DNA of 64,000 bases from Oscillospiraceae bacterium (GTDB taxonomy: Bacteria; Bacillota; Clostridia; Oscillospirales; Acutalibacteraceae), in contig JAITOD010000074.1 of NCBI GenBank assembly GCA_031290105.1, positions 2,563 through 66,562 on the forward strand. The letters are read 5' to 3'. Position numbers and translations under genes: made by a program. The notes below the pieces were generated by a model. It was not told the DNA's origin. It saw only the letters and a program-made list of their open reading frames with translations, and searched no databases. Numbering within the stretch: the first letter of the stretch is position 1; every line of letters begins with the position of its first letter. Below are positions 1-14,870 of this stretch, piece after piece.

Positions 1-10
1 ATTTGACAAG

Positions 11-526
11 GTGAGCGGCACAACGGTTCAAGCGGAAAGTGACAACCCGCTCATACACCTTATCGGGCAGGCGGCAATCAAGTTTGTCAACGAGGAAATG
101 AAGAACGACAGCAAGGGCGTTCATTGGCCGGAGACAGGCAGCGTGAGTGATACGCTGTTTTCCGTCACACTCACCTCCACTAATGTTATCGGCATGTATT
201 CAAAGCCTAAGCAGTCCGGCAATTACCTCTTTTTGGATATCGGCGTGGCGGACAGCGCCGTTAAAATGCCGGCAGAAAGCACGCTGACCACAGAGGAAAT
301 CATTGCGGCGGCGGTTAAGGGCATTTCAGCGGTTACAAGCAAGGACGTTTCCGGCACCATCAAGTGGGCGCGTGTGTATTGCGCAATCGACCGCTCAACC
401 GGGCAGTTCCTGGCGCTGGAGCACGACTTTCTGCTGAAGCTCAGCGCCCCGGGCAGCGCCAATTACCCGGACCCCACCGAATTTAACGCTTTGCTGGCGC
501 AGGGATATGAGCGGTTCCAGTACTAA
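11..526 (+). CDS. hypothetical protein, possibly 5'-truncated at the window edge
   Basis: 171-aa ORF. The frame stays open upstream to position 2. No motif recognised. Confidence 0.4.
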   Translation: MSGTTVQAESDNPLIHLIGQAAIKFVNEEMKNDSKGVHWPETGSVSDTLFSVTLTSTNVIGMYSKPKQSGNYLFLDIGVADSAVKMPAESTLTTEEIIAAAVKGISAVTSKDVSGTIKWARVYCAIDRSTGQFLALEHDFLLKLSAPGSANYPDPTEFNALLAQGYERFQY

Positions 527-594
527 GCTGCCCATGTTATGCGCTATATGTTAGATTGTATTATCAAAGCTCGCACCTGAAAGCTAATATCTGA

Positions 595-4714
<4,120 letters not shown>

Positions 4715-4822
4715 CTCGTGTTGACACCATGCCCGCCGCAGGGGGCACTCCAACAAAGGAGGGGCGGCAATGCCAAGCCTGACATGCGCAATATGCGCCC
4801 CAACATCAGCAAAAGGAGTTGA

Positions 4823-7800
4823 TTGCCTGTGTCGTTTGCCCATTTGCATATTCACACCGAGTATTCCCTCCTTGATGGCGCAAACCGAATTCCTGCTCTT
4901 GTGAAGCGCGTAAAGGAGCTTGGTCAGACGGCGTGCGCAATCACCGACCACGGCGTGATGTACGGCGTGGTGGATTTTTACCGCGCGTGCAAAAAAGAGG
5001 GAGTCCGCCCGATAATCGGCTGCGAGGTCTACGTCGCCTCGCGCAAACGCACGGATAAGGACTTCCGACTGGACGGCGAACGTTATCACCTCGTCTTGCT
5101 CTGTGAAAACGAAACGGGCTACCGCAACCTGCTGCAGCTGGTGTCCCGCGCGTGGACGGAGGGATTTTACACCAAGCCGCGCGTTGACCGCGAGCTGCTG
5201 GAGCAATACCACGATGGCTTGATCGCCCTATCCGCGTGCCTTGCGGGGGAGCTGCCGCGAGCCGTTTCCCGCAGGGATTACAGCGGGGCGCGGGAGATTG
5301 CCCGGTGGTATCAAGGAATATTCGGCAAGGGCAACTACTATATTGAGATTCAAGACCACGGCTTGCGAGAGCAGCGGCAGATAATCGCCCCGCTAATCAA
5401 CATTGCGCGCGAGCTGGAGATTCCGCTTGCGGCAACGAACGATGCGCACTATCTTCACCGTGAGGACGCGGACCTGCAGCGCGTTTTGCTCTGCATTCAA
5501 ACCAACCACAAGCTTGGCGAGGACACCGGCATGGACTTCGGCACGGAGGAGTTCTACGTTAAGAGCGAGGACGAAATGCGCGCGCTGTTTCCGGAAGCGC
5601 AGGACGCAATCGACAACACTCAGGCAATCGCCGAGCGCTGTAATGTTGAGTTTAAGTTCGGCAGCTATAAGCTCCCGGAATTTGACGTACCGCCGGGTTA
5701 CGCCGACGCTTACGAGTATTTCCGCGTGAAGTGCGAGGAGGGTCTGCGGCGCGTTAAGGGCGAAAACCCGCCTGAGGAATACCGCCGGCGCATGGACTAC
5801 GAGCTTGGAATAATCCGCAACATGGGCTACGTTGATTACTTTTTAATAGTGCACGATTTTATCGCTTGGGCAAAGGCGCACGGCATCCCCGTGGGACCGG
5901 GACGCGGCAGCGGAGCGGGCAGCCTTGCGGCGTATTGCATTGGAATAACGGGCATTGACCCGCTGGAATACGCGCTTTTGTTTGAGCGTTTTTTGAACCC
6001 CGAGCGCGTGAGCATGCCGGATTTTGACATTGATTTTTGCTATGAGCGGCGCGGCGAGGTCATCCGTTACGTTCAGGGAAAATATGGCATCGACCACGTG
6101 GCGCAAATCGTCACCTTTGGGACTATTGCCGCCAAAACCGCAATCCGCGATGTTGGACGCGTTATGGGGCTGAGCTACGCCGCCGTGGACGCAGTCGCCA
6201 AAGCAATCCCGCCGGAGTTTGGGATATCGCTGAGTCGGGCGCTTGAGGTTTCGGCGGAACTGCGCGAAATGCGCGGAAGCGGCGGGGAAATCAAGTCTCT
6301 CATTGATATGGCGCTGCGTGTTGAGGGCACGCCGCGTCACACCTCAACGCACGCGGCGGGGGTTGTTATCACGCCGCAGCCCGTGGCGGAATACGTGCCG
6401 CTTGCCCTGAACGGAGAGGACCCCGTCACGCAGTTCCCAATGACCACGCTGGAGGAGCTGGGATTGCTCAAGATGGATTTTCTTGGCTTGCGCACACTGA
6501 CCGTGATTGACGGCGCGGCGAAGATGGTTGCGCAAAAGGTGCCGGGCTTTTGCATAGAGCAAATTGACCTGCAGGATCCGGAAGTATTTGCCATGCTGGG
6601 CAAGGGGCAGACCTCCGGCGTGTTTCAGCTGGAAAGCTCCGGTATGCGCTCCGCCCTGATGGGGCTTTCTCCGCAGGGGATTGAGGACATCATCGCCGTC
6701 ATTTCGCTCTATCGCCCGGGCCCCATGGATTCCATACCAAAGTACACAGAAAACCGTCACCACCCGGAGAAAATCAGCTACCCAACGCCGCTCCTTGCGC
6801 CGATTCTGGACGTGACATACGGCTGCATGGTCTATCAAGAGCAGGTTATGCAGGTTTTCCGTGATTTGGGCGGCTACAGCTTTGGGCACTCCGATGTTGT
6901 CCGCCGCGCCATGAGCAAAAAAAAGCACGCGGTATTGGAAGCGGAGCGGCAAACGTTCATCGCGGGCTGCGGAGAGCGCGGAATCCCGGCTGCAGCTGCG
7001 GGCGGAATCTTTGAGTCCATGACGTCGTTTGCGTCCTATGCCTTCAATAAGAGCCACGCGGCGGCTTATGCAATCATCGCCTATCAAACGGCGTGGCTTA
7101 AATGCCGCTACCCGTGCGAGTTCCTTGCGGCGCAGCTTTCGGCATACCTTGCGGACACGGTCAAGGTTGCGGAATATATTGGCGAAGCTAACCGTCTGGG
7201 GATACAAATTCTGCCGCCGCACGTCAACGAGGGCGGGGCTAATTTTGTTGCCGGAGAACGTCTTGAAAACACGGGAAGCACGTCGCTGCCGGAAAACTAC
7301 ATACGCTTTGGAATGCTGGCAATTAAGGGACTGGGGCTTGGCGTTATCGACGGGATTGTGGAGGAGCGCGGCAACGGTGAGTTCACGTCTTACTTTAACT
7401 TTTGCCGCCGTATGTTTGAGAAAAAAGGCTTCAATAAGCGTTCGGCTGAGTCGCTGATAAACGCGGGTGCGCTGGACGGCTTGGGTGCGCACCGCCGCCA
7501 AATGCTCCTTGCCTTGCCGGAAATTGCGGATTTGCTTGACCGCCGCAAAAACGAGCAGTTGCCCGGTCAGTTGGGCTTTGGTGAGCTTTTGCCGGAGCTG
7601 AATAATGCCGACGACTATCTGCTCCCCGCAGCGAAGGAGTTTTCCCAAGATGAGCTGCTGCGCTGCGAGAAAGAAGTGCTGGGGCTGTATATTTCCAACC
7701 ACCCGCTGAAGGAATACACCGCAAAGGCGCAGCTGCTGGGCTGCACGCAAATCGCCGCGCTGACTCAAAACGACGACTCGGCGCAGCAATCCCGCGACGG

Positions 7801-8380
7801 CGAAACCGTGCGTGTGCTTGCCATTTTAACCAAGGTGCGCAGTCGCCTGACACGCAAAAACGAGACGATGGCGAACCTTAGCGCCGAGGACATCAGCGGC
7901 GCGTTGGATGTAATGGTTTTCCCGCGGGTGCTGGAGAAATACCGCGGCGCGCTGTTGGAGGGCGATATTCTGCTGCTGCAGGGGCGGCTCTCCGCGCGTG
8001 AGGATGAGGATGTGAAGCTAATGTTAGATGCTTGCGTGCCCGTTGGAGAAATAGGGGAGGACGGTGCTTTGCCCGGCGATTTCCGCAATGGAGGTAGGGG
8101 GACTGCCGGTGCTCGTTTGGGGCAGAGCGGTAAAGGTGCGGAATTGTCTGCCCGTCCGCGCCGGCTGTGTTTGCGCTTTGCCGGGGTTGACTCACCGGAG
8201 CGCACTCAGGCGGAAAAGCTACTGGCAATCTTTTCGGGCGAGGACGCGGGAAAGGTACCGGTGCTGTTCTTTTTTGCGGACACAAAGGAATACGCGAAAC
8301 AGTCCGCCGCCGCACCGAATCCGCCGCTTTTGCGCGAGCTTGCGCGCCTACTTGGGGAAGAAAATGTTGCGGCGCAATAA
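4823..8380 (+). CDS. dnaE: DNA polymerase III alpha subunit (DnaE type)
   Basis: PHP motif FAHLHIHTEYSLLDG and the full polymerase core, ~1180 aa. The true start may be the GTG at 4829. Confidence 0.93.
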   Translation: MPVSFAHLHIHTEYSLLDGANRIPALVKRVKELGQTACAITDHGVMYGVVDFYRACKKEGVRPIIGCEVYVASRKRTDKDFRLDGERYHLVLLCENETGYRNLLQLVSRAWTEGFYTKPRVDRELLEQYHDGLIALSACLAGELPRAVSRRDYSGAREIARWYQGIFGKGNYYIEIQDHGLREQRQIIAPLINIARELEIPLAATNDAHYLHREDADLQRVLLCIQTNHKLGEDTGMDFGTEEFYVKSEDEMRALFPEAQDAIDNTQAIAERCNVEFKFGSYKLPEFDVPPGYADAYEYFRVKCEEGLRRVKGENPPEEYRRRMDYELGIIRNMGYVDYFLIVHDFIAWAKAHGIPVGPGRGSGAGSLAAYCIGITGIDPLEYALLFERFLNPERVSMPDFDIDFCYERRGEVIRYVQGKYGIDHVAQIVTFGTIAAKTAIRDVGRVMGLSYAAVDAVAKAIPPEFGISLSRALEVSAELREMRGSGGEIKSLIDMALRVEGTPRHTSTHAAGVVITPQPVAEYVPLALNGEDPVTQFPMTTLEELGLLKMDFLGLRTLTVIDGAAKMVAQKVPGFCIEQIDLQDPEVFAMLGKGQTSGVFQLESSGMRSALMGLSPQGIEDIIAVISLYRPGPMDSIPKYTENRHHPEKISYPTPLLAPILDVTYGCMVYQEQVMQVFRDLGGYSFGHSDVVRRAMSKKKHAVLEAERQTFIAGCGERGIPAAAAGGIFESMTSFASYAFNKSHAAAYAIIAYQTAWLKCRYPCEFLAAQLSAYLADTVKVAEYIGEANRLGIQILPPHVNEGGANFVAGERLENTGSTSLPENYIRFGMLAIKGLGLGVIDGIVEERGNGEFTSYFNFCRRMFEKKGFNKRSAESLINAGALDGLGAHRRQMLLALPEIADLLDRRKNEQLPGQLGFGELLPELNNADDYLLPAAKEFSQDELLRCEKEVLGLYISNHPLKEYTAKAQLLGCTQIAALTQNDDSAQQSRDGETVRVLAILTKVRSRLTRKNETMANLSAEDISGALDVMVFPRVLEKYRGALLEGDILLLQGRLSAREDEDVKLMLDACVPVGEIGEDGALPGDFRNGGRGTAGARLGQSGKGAELSARPRRLCLRFAGVDSPERTQAEKLLAIFSGEDAGKVPVLFFFADTKEYAKQSAAAPNPPLLRELARLLGEENVAAQ

Positions 8381-8504
8381 GAAAACGCTCAATATAGTAA
8401 CAAAACAGCATTTGCCCGCTGCCGGCGTTGCCGGTTTTTCGGTGACAAAACTCTTAATCTATGTTATAATGTATGTGTCAGCTTTTATGCAAGGGAGGTC
8501 ACCA

Positions 8505-10340
8505 ATGCCGAAAATCAACGTTCTGCCGAAAGAAATTGCCCAGCTGATTGCAGCGGGGGAAGTGGTGGAGCGTCCGGCGAGCGTCGTCAAGGAGCTGCTG
8601 GAAAACGCGATTGATGCGGGGGCAAAGCGTATAACGCTGGAAATCCGGGGCGGCGGTGTGCAGGAAATCCGCATAACGGACGATGGCTCCGGAATCTTGC
8701 GGGCGGATATCCGCAATGCGTTTTTGCCCCACGCAACAAGCAAAATCGCGGCGGCGGTCGATTTGGAATCAATACGCACATTGGGCTTTCGCGGCGAAGC
8801 ATTGGCGAGCATTGCCGCCGTTTCCCGCGTAGAGCTGCTTACTCATGCCCATGGCGAGGACGCAGGCACGCAGTATGTTATACATGGCGGCGAGGAAATA
8901 ACGCTGACGGAGACGGGCTGTCCGCCGGGCACAACGTTCATTATACGTGATTTGTTTTTCAATACGCCTGCCCGCATGAAATTCCTCAAGAAGGACGTGA
9001 GCGAGGCAAACGCCGTTGCGGGTGTGATTGACAGAATTGCGCTCTCACACCCTGAGGTGAGCTGCCGATTTTTGCGCGAGGGCAAGCAGGTTATGTTCAC
9101 AGCGGGCGACGGCGATTTGCTTGGCGCGGTGCGCGCGGTTTTGGGCAGGGATTTTGCATTGTCCCTCCTCCCGGCGGACTGCGAAGAAGGCGGCGTACGC
9201 GCTCGGGGATATGTAAGCAAGCCGTCCGCGTGCAGACCAACGCGAGGGTTTCAGTTTTTCTTCTTGAACGGGCGTTTTGTCAAGACGGGCACGGGAGCTG
9301 CGGCGCTGAGCGAAGCATACAAGGGCAGAGTGATGATTGGCAAGCAACCCGCTTGTGTGCTGAACGTCACGCTGCCGGAGCACTTGACGGATGTGAACGT
9401 CCACCCCGCCAAGCTGGAGGTGCGCTTTGCGGACGAGAGGGCTGTGTTCCGCGCGGTGTACGCCGCCGTTCGCTACGCGTTGGAAACAAGCGAGATATCC
9501 CGGAAAGCAGATACGCAGCAGACGGCTGATTTTTGGCAGCGCGGGGCTGCTGCTCCGGCGGATATTATCCCAGAGCCCCCCGCTTATCAGCTGCCGTCTG
9601 CAGGGGCGGGCGTTCCCTCCGGTCCGTTGCCGGCAGCTGCGCTGCACCGTAACAGCGGCGCGGCTGAGCTTTTGCCGGCGGGTTTTAAGGCGGAAGATAA
9701 TGCCGCTCCTGCGGAAGCCGATGTGCCGTATGAGAGCGCCGCCGCGGAAATGCCTGCATTAATACCACAACAAAGCCAAAGGGTCTTGGGCGAGCTGTTC
9801 AAAACTTACATCATAATAGAGCAGGGCGATGAGCTTCTCCTGCTGGACAAGCACGCCGCGCACGAGCGCATGATTTATGATGAACTGAAAGAAAGCCGCT
9901 CCGAACGCTATGCGCAGCAGCTGCTTGCGCCCTTACCACTGACGCTCAGCAAGGAGGAATACAGCGCTCTGCTTGAGGAGGAGGAGCTATTGCGCCGGGG
10001 CGGGTTTGAGTTCACGGACTTTCAGGGCGGGACGTTGCTGTTAACTGCCGCGCCAATGGAGTTCACGGCGGACGAAGCCCCCGCCGCGCTTGAGGAGCTT
10101 GCGGGCGAGTTATTGCGCCACCGCCGCGAGCCGCTCCCCGCAAAGCTTGACTGGCTCTATCAATCCATCGCTTGCCGCGCCGCAATCAAGGCGGGGGACT
10201 ACACAAGCGCGTATGAACGCGAACTGTTTGCGCTTAAGGTTCTTGCCATGCCGCAGCTTCGTCAGTGCCCGCATGGACGCCCGGTGTTTCTCTCGTTCCC
10301 GCGCAAGGAGCTTGAGCGGCGGTTTGGGCGCTTGGGGTGA
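8505..10340 (+). CDS. mutL: DNA mismatch repair protein MutL
   Basis: MPKINVLPKEIAQLIAAGEVVERPASVVKELLENAIDAG GHKL ATPase N-terminus. AGGGAGG RBS at 8492-8498. The listed ORF start 8064 is an upstream read-through. Confidence 0.93.
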   Translation: MPKINVLPKEIAQLIAAGEVVERPASVVKELLENAIDAGAKRITLEIRGGGVQEIRITDDGSGILRADIRNAFLPHATSKIAAAVDLESIRTLGFRGEALASIAAVSRVELLTHAHGEDAGTQYVIHGGEEITLTETGCPPGTTFIIRDLFFNTPARMKFLKKDVSEANAVAGVIDRIALSHPEVSCRFLREGKQVMFTAGDGDLLGAVRAVLGRDFALSLLPADCEEGGVRARGYVSKPSACRPTRGFQFFFLNGRFVKTGTGAAALSEAYKGRVMIGKQPACVLNVTLPEHLTDVNVHPAKLEVRFADERAVFRAVYAAVRYALETSEISRKADTQQTADFWQRGAAAPADIIPEPPAYQLPSAGAGVPSGPLPAAALHRNSGAAELLPAGFKAEDNAAPAEADVPYESAAAEMPALIPQQSQRVLGELFKTYIIIEQGDELLLLDKHAAHERMIYDELKESRSERYAQQLLAPLPLTLSKEEYSALLEEEELLRRGGFEFTDFQGGTLLLTAAPMEFTADEAPAALEELAGELLRHRREPLPAKLDWLYQSIACRAAIKAGDYTSAYERELFALKVLAMPQLRQCPHGRPVFLSFPRKELERRFGRLG

Positions 10341-10428
10341 GCCGCCGCTGTTTGCTTGGGAGCACGCTTTGCATTTTATCCTATATTGCGTAATAGGCAA
10401 ACCGATAATCAATTTCGGAGGAGCAATT

Positions 10429-12042
10429 ATGGCCGCAGAAAAATCAGTCAGCATTGGCGCGCGGTTGACCCATATGGCGGCGATAAACGGAGGAGCGGCT
10501 ATGTATCGTTTCCCGGAGCTTGGTGTGACGTACAGCCGAAAAGAATTTGACGAAAAAACCGACAGTCTGGCAGCGGCCTTCCTTTCAAAGGGCTTCGGCA
10601 AAGGCAGTCATATTGGCATTTTGGCGCCGAACCTGCCGATTTGGCTGCTCAGCTTCTTTGCTGCGGTAAAAATCGGGGCGCGGGCGGTGCCGTTTAATGC
10701 GGCTTATAAAGCGCCTGAAATCGCGGCGCAGCTGAAAGACGCGGACGCGGATTGCCTTATAATTACAGACGGCACAGGCGCGCGGGAATATGCGGACGCA
10801 CTGTCAGAATTATTGCCGCAGCTTGGGGAGGGCAAAATCAGCGCGCAATTCCCCTGCCTTAAGACGGTGGTCTATGCGGGCGCCGGCGAAACGCCGAAGG
10901 GTATGCTTGGGCTGGAAGAATTATTAATCAGCGGCAAGGCCGTTGATTCCGCGCAGCTTTCTGCCGCAAAGGCCGGTGTTTCTCCTGAAGAAATTGCGGC
11001 AATCTTCTATACCTCCGGCTCAGAGGGCATGGCAAAGGGAGTAATGCTCAGTCACAAAAATCTGGTGAATTATGTTTTGTTTAGCGACATCTATTTGCAG
11101 CTTAACGAGTCCGACCGAGTGTGCAACCCGCTTCCGCTTTTCCATATTTTCTCTATCACAAGCGTTATGGGATGTCTTTCGTCCGGGACGGAAATGGTAA
11201 TCCCCACAGCATTCCAACCGGCACGCCTTTTGGATGTTTTGGAAAAAGAAAAGTGCACGGTGCTTTGGGCCGTCCCCGCAATACTGGCGATTTTGCGGCA
11301 AGCCGGCGGACCGGGCAAGCGCGATTTAAGCCGAATGCGCAAGGGAGTCGTCGGAGGTTCTCCGGCAAGCCTTGATATTTTGCGTTGGGGCATGGAGGAG
11401 CTGCATATGCCGGATTTGCTTTATGGTTGGGCGCAGACGGAGAACACCTGCGCCGGTGTAATCGATTATGTGAAAAACGCTGTTGCGCGTGGCAAGGCAT
11501 ACGCCGGACGGGATATTCCCTACGTGCGGTTCCGTGTTGCGGACGCCGCCGGTGCGCCCGTGCCTGACGGTCAAGTCGGCGAGCTTTGCTGCCGCGGAGA
11601 TTACGTTATGCAGGGGTATTACAAAAACCCGGCGGCGACGGCTAAGGCAATTGACACAGAGGGTTGGCTGCACAGCGGCGACTTGGCAGTCCGTGACGCC
11701 GATGGCTGCTACAGCATCGTTGGGCGTATGCGCGATATCATTATCCGCGGCGGCGAGAACATTATGCCGTTGGAGATTGAGACGGTGCTTGCCGCACATC
11801 CTGATGTGGCTGATGCGCAGATTGTTGGGGTGCCGGACGAAATATTCGGCGAAGCGGTCTGCGCTTATGTGATACCTAAACCGGGTGTGCGGACCGATGA
11901 AACGTTTGCCGAAAAGCTGCGCGGCTATTGCGGCGAGAGGCTTGCCGGTTTCAAGGTGCCGGAATATATTCGCTTTACGGAGGGGTTTCCGATGAACGCC
12001 GCCGGGAAGGTCATGAAGTATGTTCTGCGCGCCGGATTTTAG
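10429..12042 (+). CDS. AMP-dependent synthetase/ligase (acyl-CoA synthetase family)
   Basis: AMP-binding motif YTSGSEGMAKGV and C-terminal GKVMKY. GGAGGAG RBS at 10417-10423. Start trimmed from ORF 10090. Confidence 0.85.
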   Translation: MAAEKSVSIGARLTHMAAINGGAAMYRFPELGVTYSRKEFDEKTDSLAAAFLSKGFGKGSHIGILAPNLPIWLLSFFAAVKIGARAVPFNAAYKAPEIAAQLKDADADCLIITDGTGAREYADALSELLPQLGEGKISAQFPCLKTVVYAGAGETPKGMLGLEELLISGKAVDSAQLSAAKAGVSPEEIAAIFYTSGSEGMAKGVMLSHKNLVNYVLFSDIYLQLNESDRVCNPLPLFHIFSITSVMGCLSSGTEMVIPTAFQPARLLDVLEKEKCTVLWAVPAILAILRQAGGPGKRDLSRMRKGVVGGSPASLDILRWGMEELHMPDLLYGWAQTENTCAGVIDYVKNAVARGKAYAGRDIPYVRFRVADAAGAPVPDGQVGELCCRGDYVMQGYYKNPAATAKAIDTEGWLHSGDLAVRDADGCYSIVGRMRDIIIRGGENIMPLEIETVLAAHPDVADAQIVGVPDEIFGEAVCAYVIPKPGVRTDETFAEKLRGYCGERLAGFKVPEYIRFTEGFPMNAAGKVMKYVLRAGF

Positions 12043-12114
12043 GCGATAAGTTGCATACGTTCGATGCCGGGCGGCACGCTGACAACCTGCCGCCCGCTCA
12101 TCGAAACTGCTGAC

Positions 12115-12501
12115 TTATTTCGGCAGCTGCGACTGAATCCCCTGAAATTTAGTCTTAGTCTGCGTAACCATCTTCTGCTGCGCCTTTGCGGGGGCATACC
12201 ATCCGCGCTGCTGCATCTGCGAAAACACACTGCTTTGCAGATTTTGATTCTCGCGCCAAAGGTTCAGAAAATCCGCCTTTAGCCGCTGGTTGACGCACTC
12301 GCTGCTGTAGGTGTTGTAAACCCCGGTGATGTGCTTCTGGCTGGTGAGGATGTCATCCATAATCTCCTGATCCGCCATAGTGAACCCGGCGGGAGGGGAC
12401 TGCATCTGTGCCGCCGTGCTGCGCGGGCTGCGTTTGGCGGGAGCGGTTTTTTTGACTGCGGTGCCTGGGTTTTTGCGCGCTGCTGTAGTCGCCATGTTCA
12501 A
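12115..12501 (-). CDS. spore coat protein, CotF-like
   Basis: Coat-F-like pattern DILTSQKHITGVYNTYSSEC...RLKADFLNLW. Paired with a small upstream partner, as in yraF/yraG-type pairs. Confidence 0.6.
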   Translation of the reverse strand: MNMATTAARKNPGTAVKKTAPAKRSPRSTAAQMQSPPAGFTMADQEIMDDILTSQKHITGVYNTYSSECVNQRLKADFLNLWRENQNLQSSVFSQMQQRGWYAPAKAQQKMVTQTKTKFQGIQSQLPK

Positions 12502-12509
12502 TGCCTCCT

Positions 12510-12695
12510 TCAGTTAAGATAGCTAATCAGGGTGTCAAAATGCTTGCGGTGCTGCTTTGCGGATTGGTTGCAGGCTTTCTGGATTTGCGGGTCCTGTGCA
12601 ACGGCGGCATAGCTGTGGAATTTTTTCACAAGCATTTGCTCAAAGTTGAGGGTATCCTCCAGCGCGTGGAGTTCCTCAGCGGTCAGATTTGCCAT
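12510..12695 (-). CDS. small spore-coat-associated protein (CotF-partner-like)
   Basis: 61 aa starting MANLTAEEL, with a GAGAGGAG RBS. Lies 9 nt upstream of the CotF-like gene. Confidence 0.45.
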   Translation of the reverse strand: MANLTAEELHALEDTLNFEQMLVKKFHSYAAVAQDPQIQKACNQSAKQHRKHFDTLISYLN

Positions 12696-12923
12696 TGGAA
12701 CGCTCCTCTCGTGTGTCAGTGTCGAAGCCGTGCTTCTACGGTGAGTATTGCCCAATTCTCAATATTTATGCACCGAACCGCAAACGCCGCACAGCAAAAT
12801 TTGCAGCGCCGATTACATTTTTTGAGCTTTTTTTGAGTATTTTTCCTTAAAAGACTTTACAGACGCGTGATATTCTGATATACTCGTACCTGTGGCACTG
12901 TAAATCAAAGGAGGTAAACAGCT

Positions 12924-14081
12924 GTGAGCAAAAGTAAAACTTTGCGGAATACAATAATCGGCGTTGCTGTTGCCGTGCTGGTTGTTTGTATCGCAATACC
13001 AATGTTCCCCAATTTGTTTCCTTGGTGGGCAAACGGCGACCCGGAGAATCCTCCCGTATATACAATAGCTCCGCAGGAAACGCTCACCTCAGAGCCGGAA
13101 ACCGAAGCGCCGGCTGAGCCGGAAACCGACCCGAATGTCCCTGCGTATGTTGAACCGGACACAGGCTATGTAGCTCCAACCCCTGCGCCGACTACAAAAA
13201 CGCCAACCACCAAAAAACCAACCGTAACCAAAGCGCCGACCACTAAAGCGCCAACCACTAAGGTGCCGACCACAACTAAGGCTCCAACGACTGCCGCTGC
13301 TCCGGAACCTACCGCTAAGATTACGCTTCCGGATTCGATTAAAGCTCCGGCCGGCACTTCAACGCTCCCGGGTTCAAGCGGCACAGTCGCCGCAGTCCCG
13401 GCACCGGTTAACGGCGAGGCAGACCCCCGCGCTGTCCTCTCCTATAAAATGAACGCCGTGGAGGGCTACTTCTACACGGAACAGAATGCGTGGCAGCGTC
13501 CGTTCGGGTTCAACAAAACGTTTGACCTGCTTGCCCAATTCATCATGATGTTCTACGATACCACGCGCGTTCGGTTTACTTACGGCGGTCATGACTGGAT
13601 GGTGCAGCTCTGGAAGGGTCAGTACGGCTTCATGTTCTTGGGCTCCGAGGTCGGCGTGTATTACCTTCCCGAGGGTAAAGGCAGCAAGAACGCCCACTAT
13701 AAAGCCGTGCCCGATGCGGACATGCTCAATATGTCCACCGCGCTGTTCAATTTCGGTGAGTTCCAGGCAAAGCGCCCGTATCAGCCATACTGGTGGTGCA
13801 CCACGTTTGTGCCCGGCACGCTCTCAAAGAACACCAACCGCTCACAGTTGCGCTTGGAAATGGTGATTGAGATGAAAGACAGCGCTATGGGCGATGCTTT
13901 TGAAGCGGCGCTGACCGGTAATGGTTTTGCGCTATCAGGCAAAAATTATGCAGATTGCATAAAAACCGGCTTTGACCATTCAGACGTTTATGCCCGCAGC
14001 GGCGCAAAGTTTGCCATTAACTGGTCGAACGTAAAGGATGAGGGCGGCAAGAAATACGATCACCCGGAAGTGGAATATTGA
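12924..14081 (+). CDS. membrane-anchored protein with Pro/Thr-rich linker and DUF4474-like C-terminal domain
   Basis: GTG start after an AAAGGAGGT RBS. N-terminal TM helix, KAPTT-type repeats, conserved C-terminal block WQRPFGFNKTFD...WMVQLWKGQYG. Confidence 0.6.
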   Translation: MSKSKTLRNTIIGVAVAVLVVCIAIPMFPNLFPWWANGDPENPPVYTIAPQETLTSEPETEAPAEPETDPNVPAYVEPDTGYVAPTPAPTTKTPTTKKPTVTKAPTTKAPTTKVPTTTKAPTTAAAPEPTAKITLPDSIKAPAGTSTLPGSSGTVAAVPAPVNGEADPRAVLSYKMNAVEGYFYTEQNAWQRPFGFNKTFDLLAQFIMMFYDTTRVRFTYGGHDWMVQLWKGQYGFMFLGSEVGVYYLPEGKGSKNAHYKAVPDADMLNMSTALFNFGEFQAKRPYQPYWWCTTFVPGTLSKNTNRSQLRLEMVIEMKDSAMGDAFEAALTGNGFALSGKNYADCIKTGFDHSDVYARSGAKFAINWSNVKDEGGKKYDHPEVEY

Positions 14082-14150
14082 CAGATTTTGGCATTTGCGG
14101 CTCGTGGAAAGAGTTTCCGACAAAAAAATAAAGTTTTTTTGCAAAAACAC

Positions 14151-14179
14151 TTGACAGCGGAGCAAAGTGCTGGTATAAT
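14151..14179 (+). promoter_or_regulatory. sigma-A promoter TTGACA-17-TATAAT
   Basis: Lies upstream of the 14215 gene. Confidence 0.6.
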
Positions 14180-14214
14180 CATCACATAGGAGACAGAGAA
14201 AGGATTGTCAAATC

Positions 14215-14853
14215 ATGAAAAGGGCATTAACACTTCTTCTTGCAATGAGCATGTTGCTTACCTTTGGGTTGTTCGCGTTTGCGGAGGATTCAGATGCATT
14301 GGACCCGGAGCTGGAGGGTCTTCTTGGGCAGACCACAGCGCCGCAGGACACGCTGGATCCCGCTGTTAAGGGCGCCGCTGAGAGCCTTGGGCTTCCCGAC
14401 ATGTCCATTTTAACCGATCTTTTGGGCGGCATCAGCTTGGATACATTAACCAGCGTTCTTGGCGACACCGCTTCAAGTATGGGGGTTCCTGACCTGTCTG
14501 CACTGTTCGGCGGAGGTTTGGCCGATATGGAGGTCGTTTCCCTCTTTACTGATACCATTGGCGGGTTCCTTGAGCCTATGGGTATTAATCTGCAGGATGC
14601 CCTGAGTGACAGTGTAATCTTCAGCTTCTTCAGCAAGCTTTACACCGGCGTTTATACCGGCGGCGCAAAAACTACAGTGCCTACGGCGGTTGCTGCTCCT
14701 GAAATCCCTGAGCCGGAACCAACACCGGATGACACAACTCCTTCAATCCCCGACACCGGCGTAGGTATGGATATTGCGTTGGTTGCTATGGGTGTGCTGG
14801 TGGTTGCTGTTGGCGCGGCGTTTGTTCTGCGCAAGAAAAAAGTTGAGGCGTAA
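14215..14853 (+). CDS. secreted cell-wall-anchored protein (LPXTG-type sorting signal IPDTG)
   Basis: Signal peptide. C-terminal IPDTG, hydrophobic stretch and RKKK tail. Confidence 0.7.
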   Translation: MKRALTLLLAMSMLLTFGLFAFAEDSDALDPELEGLLGQTTAPQDTLDPAVKGAAESLGLPDMSILTDLLGGISLDTLTSVLGDTASSMGVPDLSALFGGGLADMEVVSLFTDTIGGFLEPMGINLQDALSDSVIFSFFSKLYTGVYTGGAKTTVPTAVAAPEIPEPEPTPDDTTPSIPDTGVGMDIALVAMGVLVVAVGAAFVLRKKKVEA

Positions 14854-14870
14854 AACCGCCGTAAATAAAA

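Noticed and set aside
8064-8504. Upstream extension of the MutL ORF (and similarly 10090-10428 for the acyl-CoA synthetase)
   Set aside because: The extensions overlap the preceding gene ends or intergenic DNA and have non-protein-like Arg/Cys-rich sequence. The conserved N-termini begin at RBS-preceded ATGs at 8505 and 10429.
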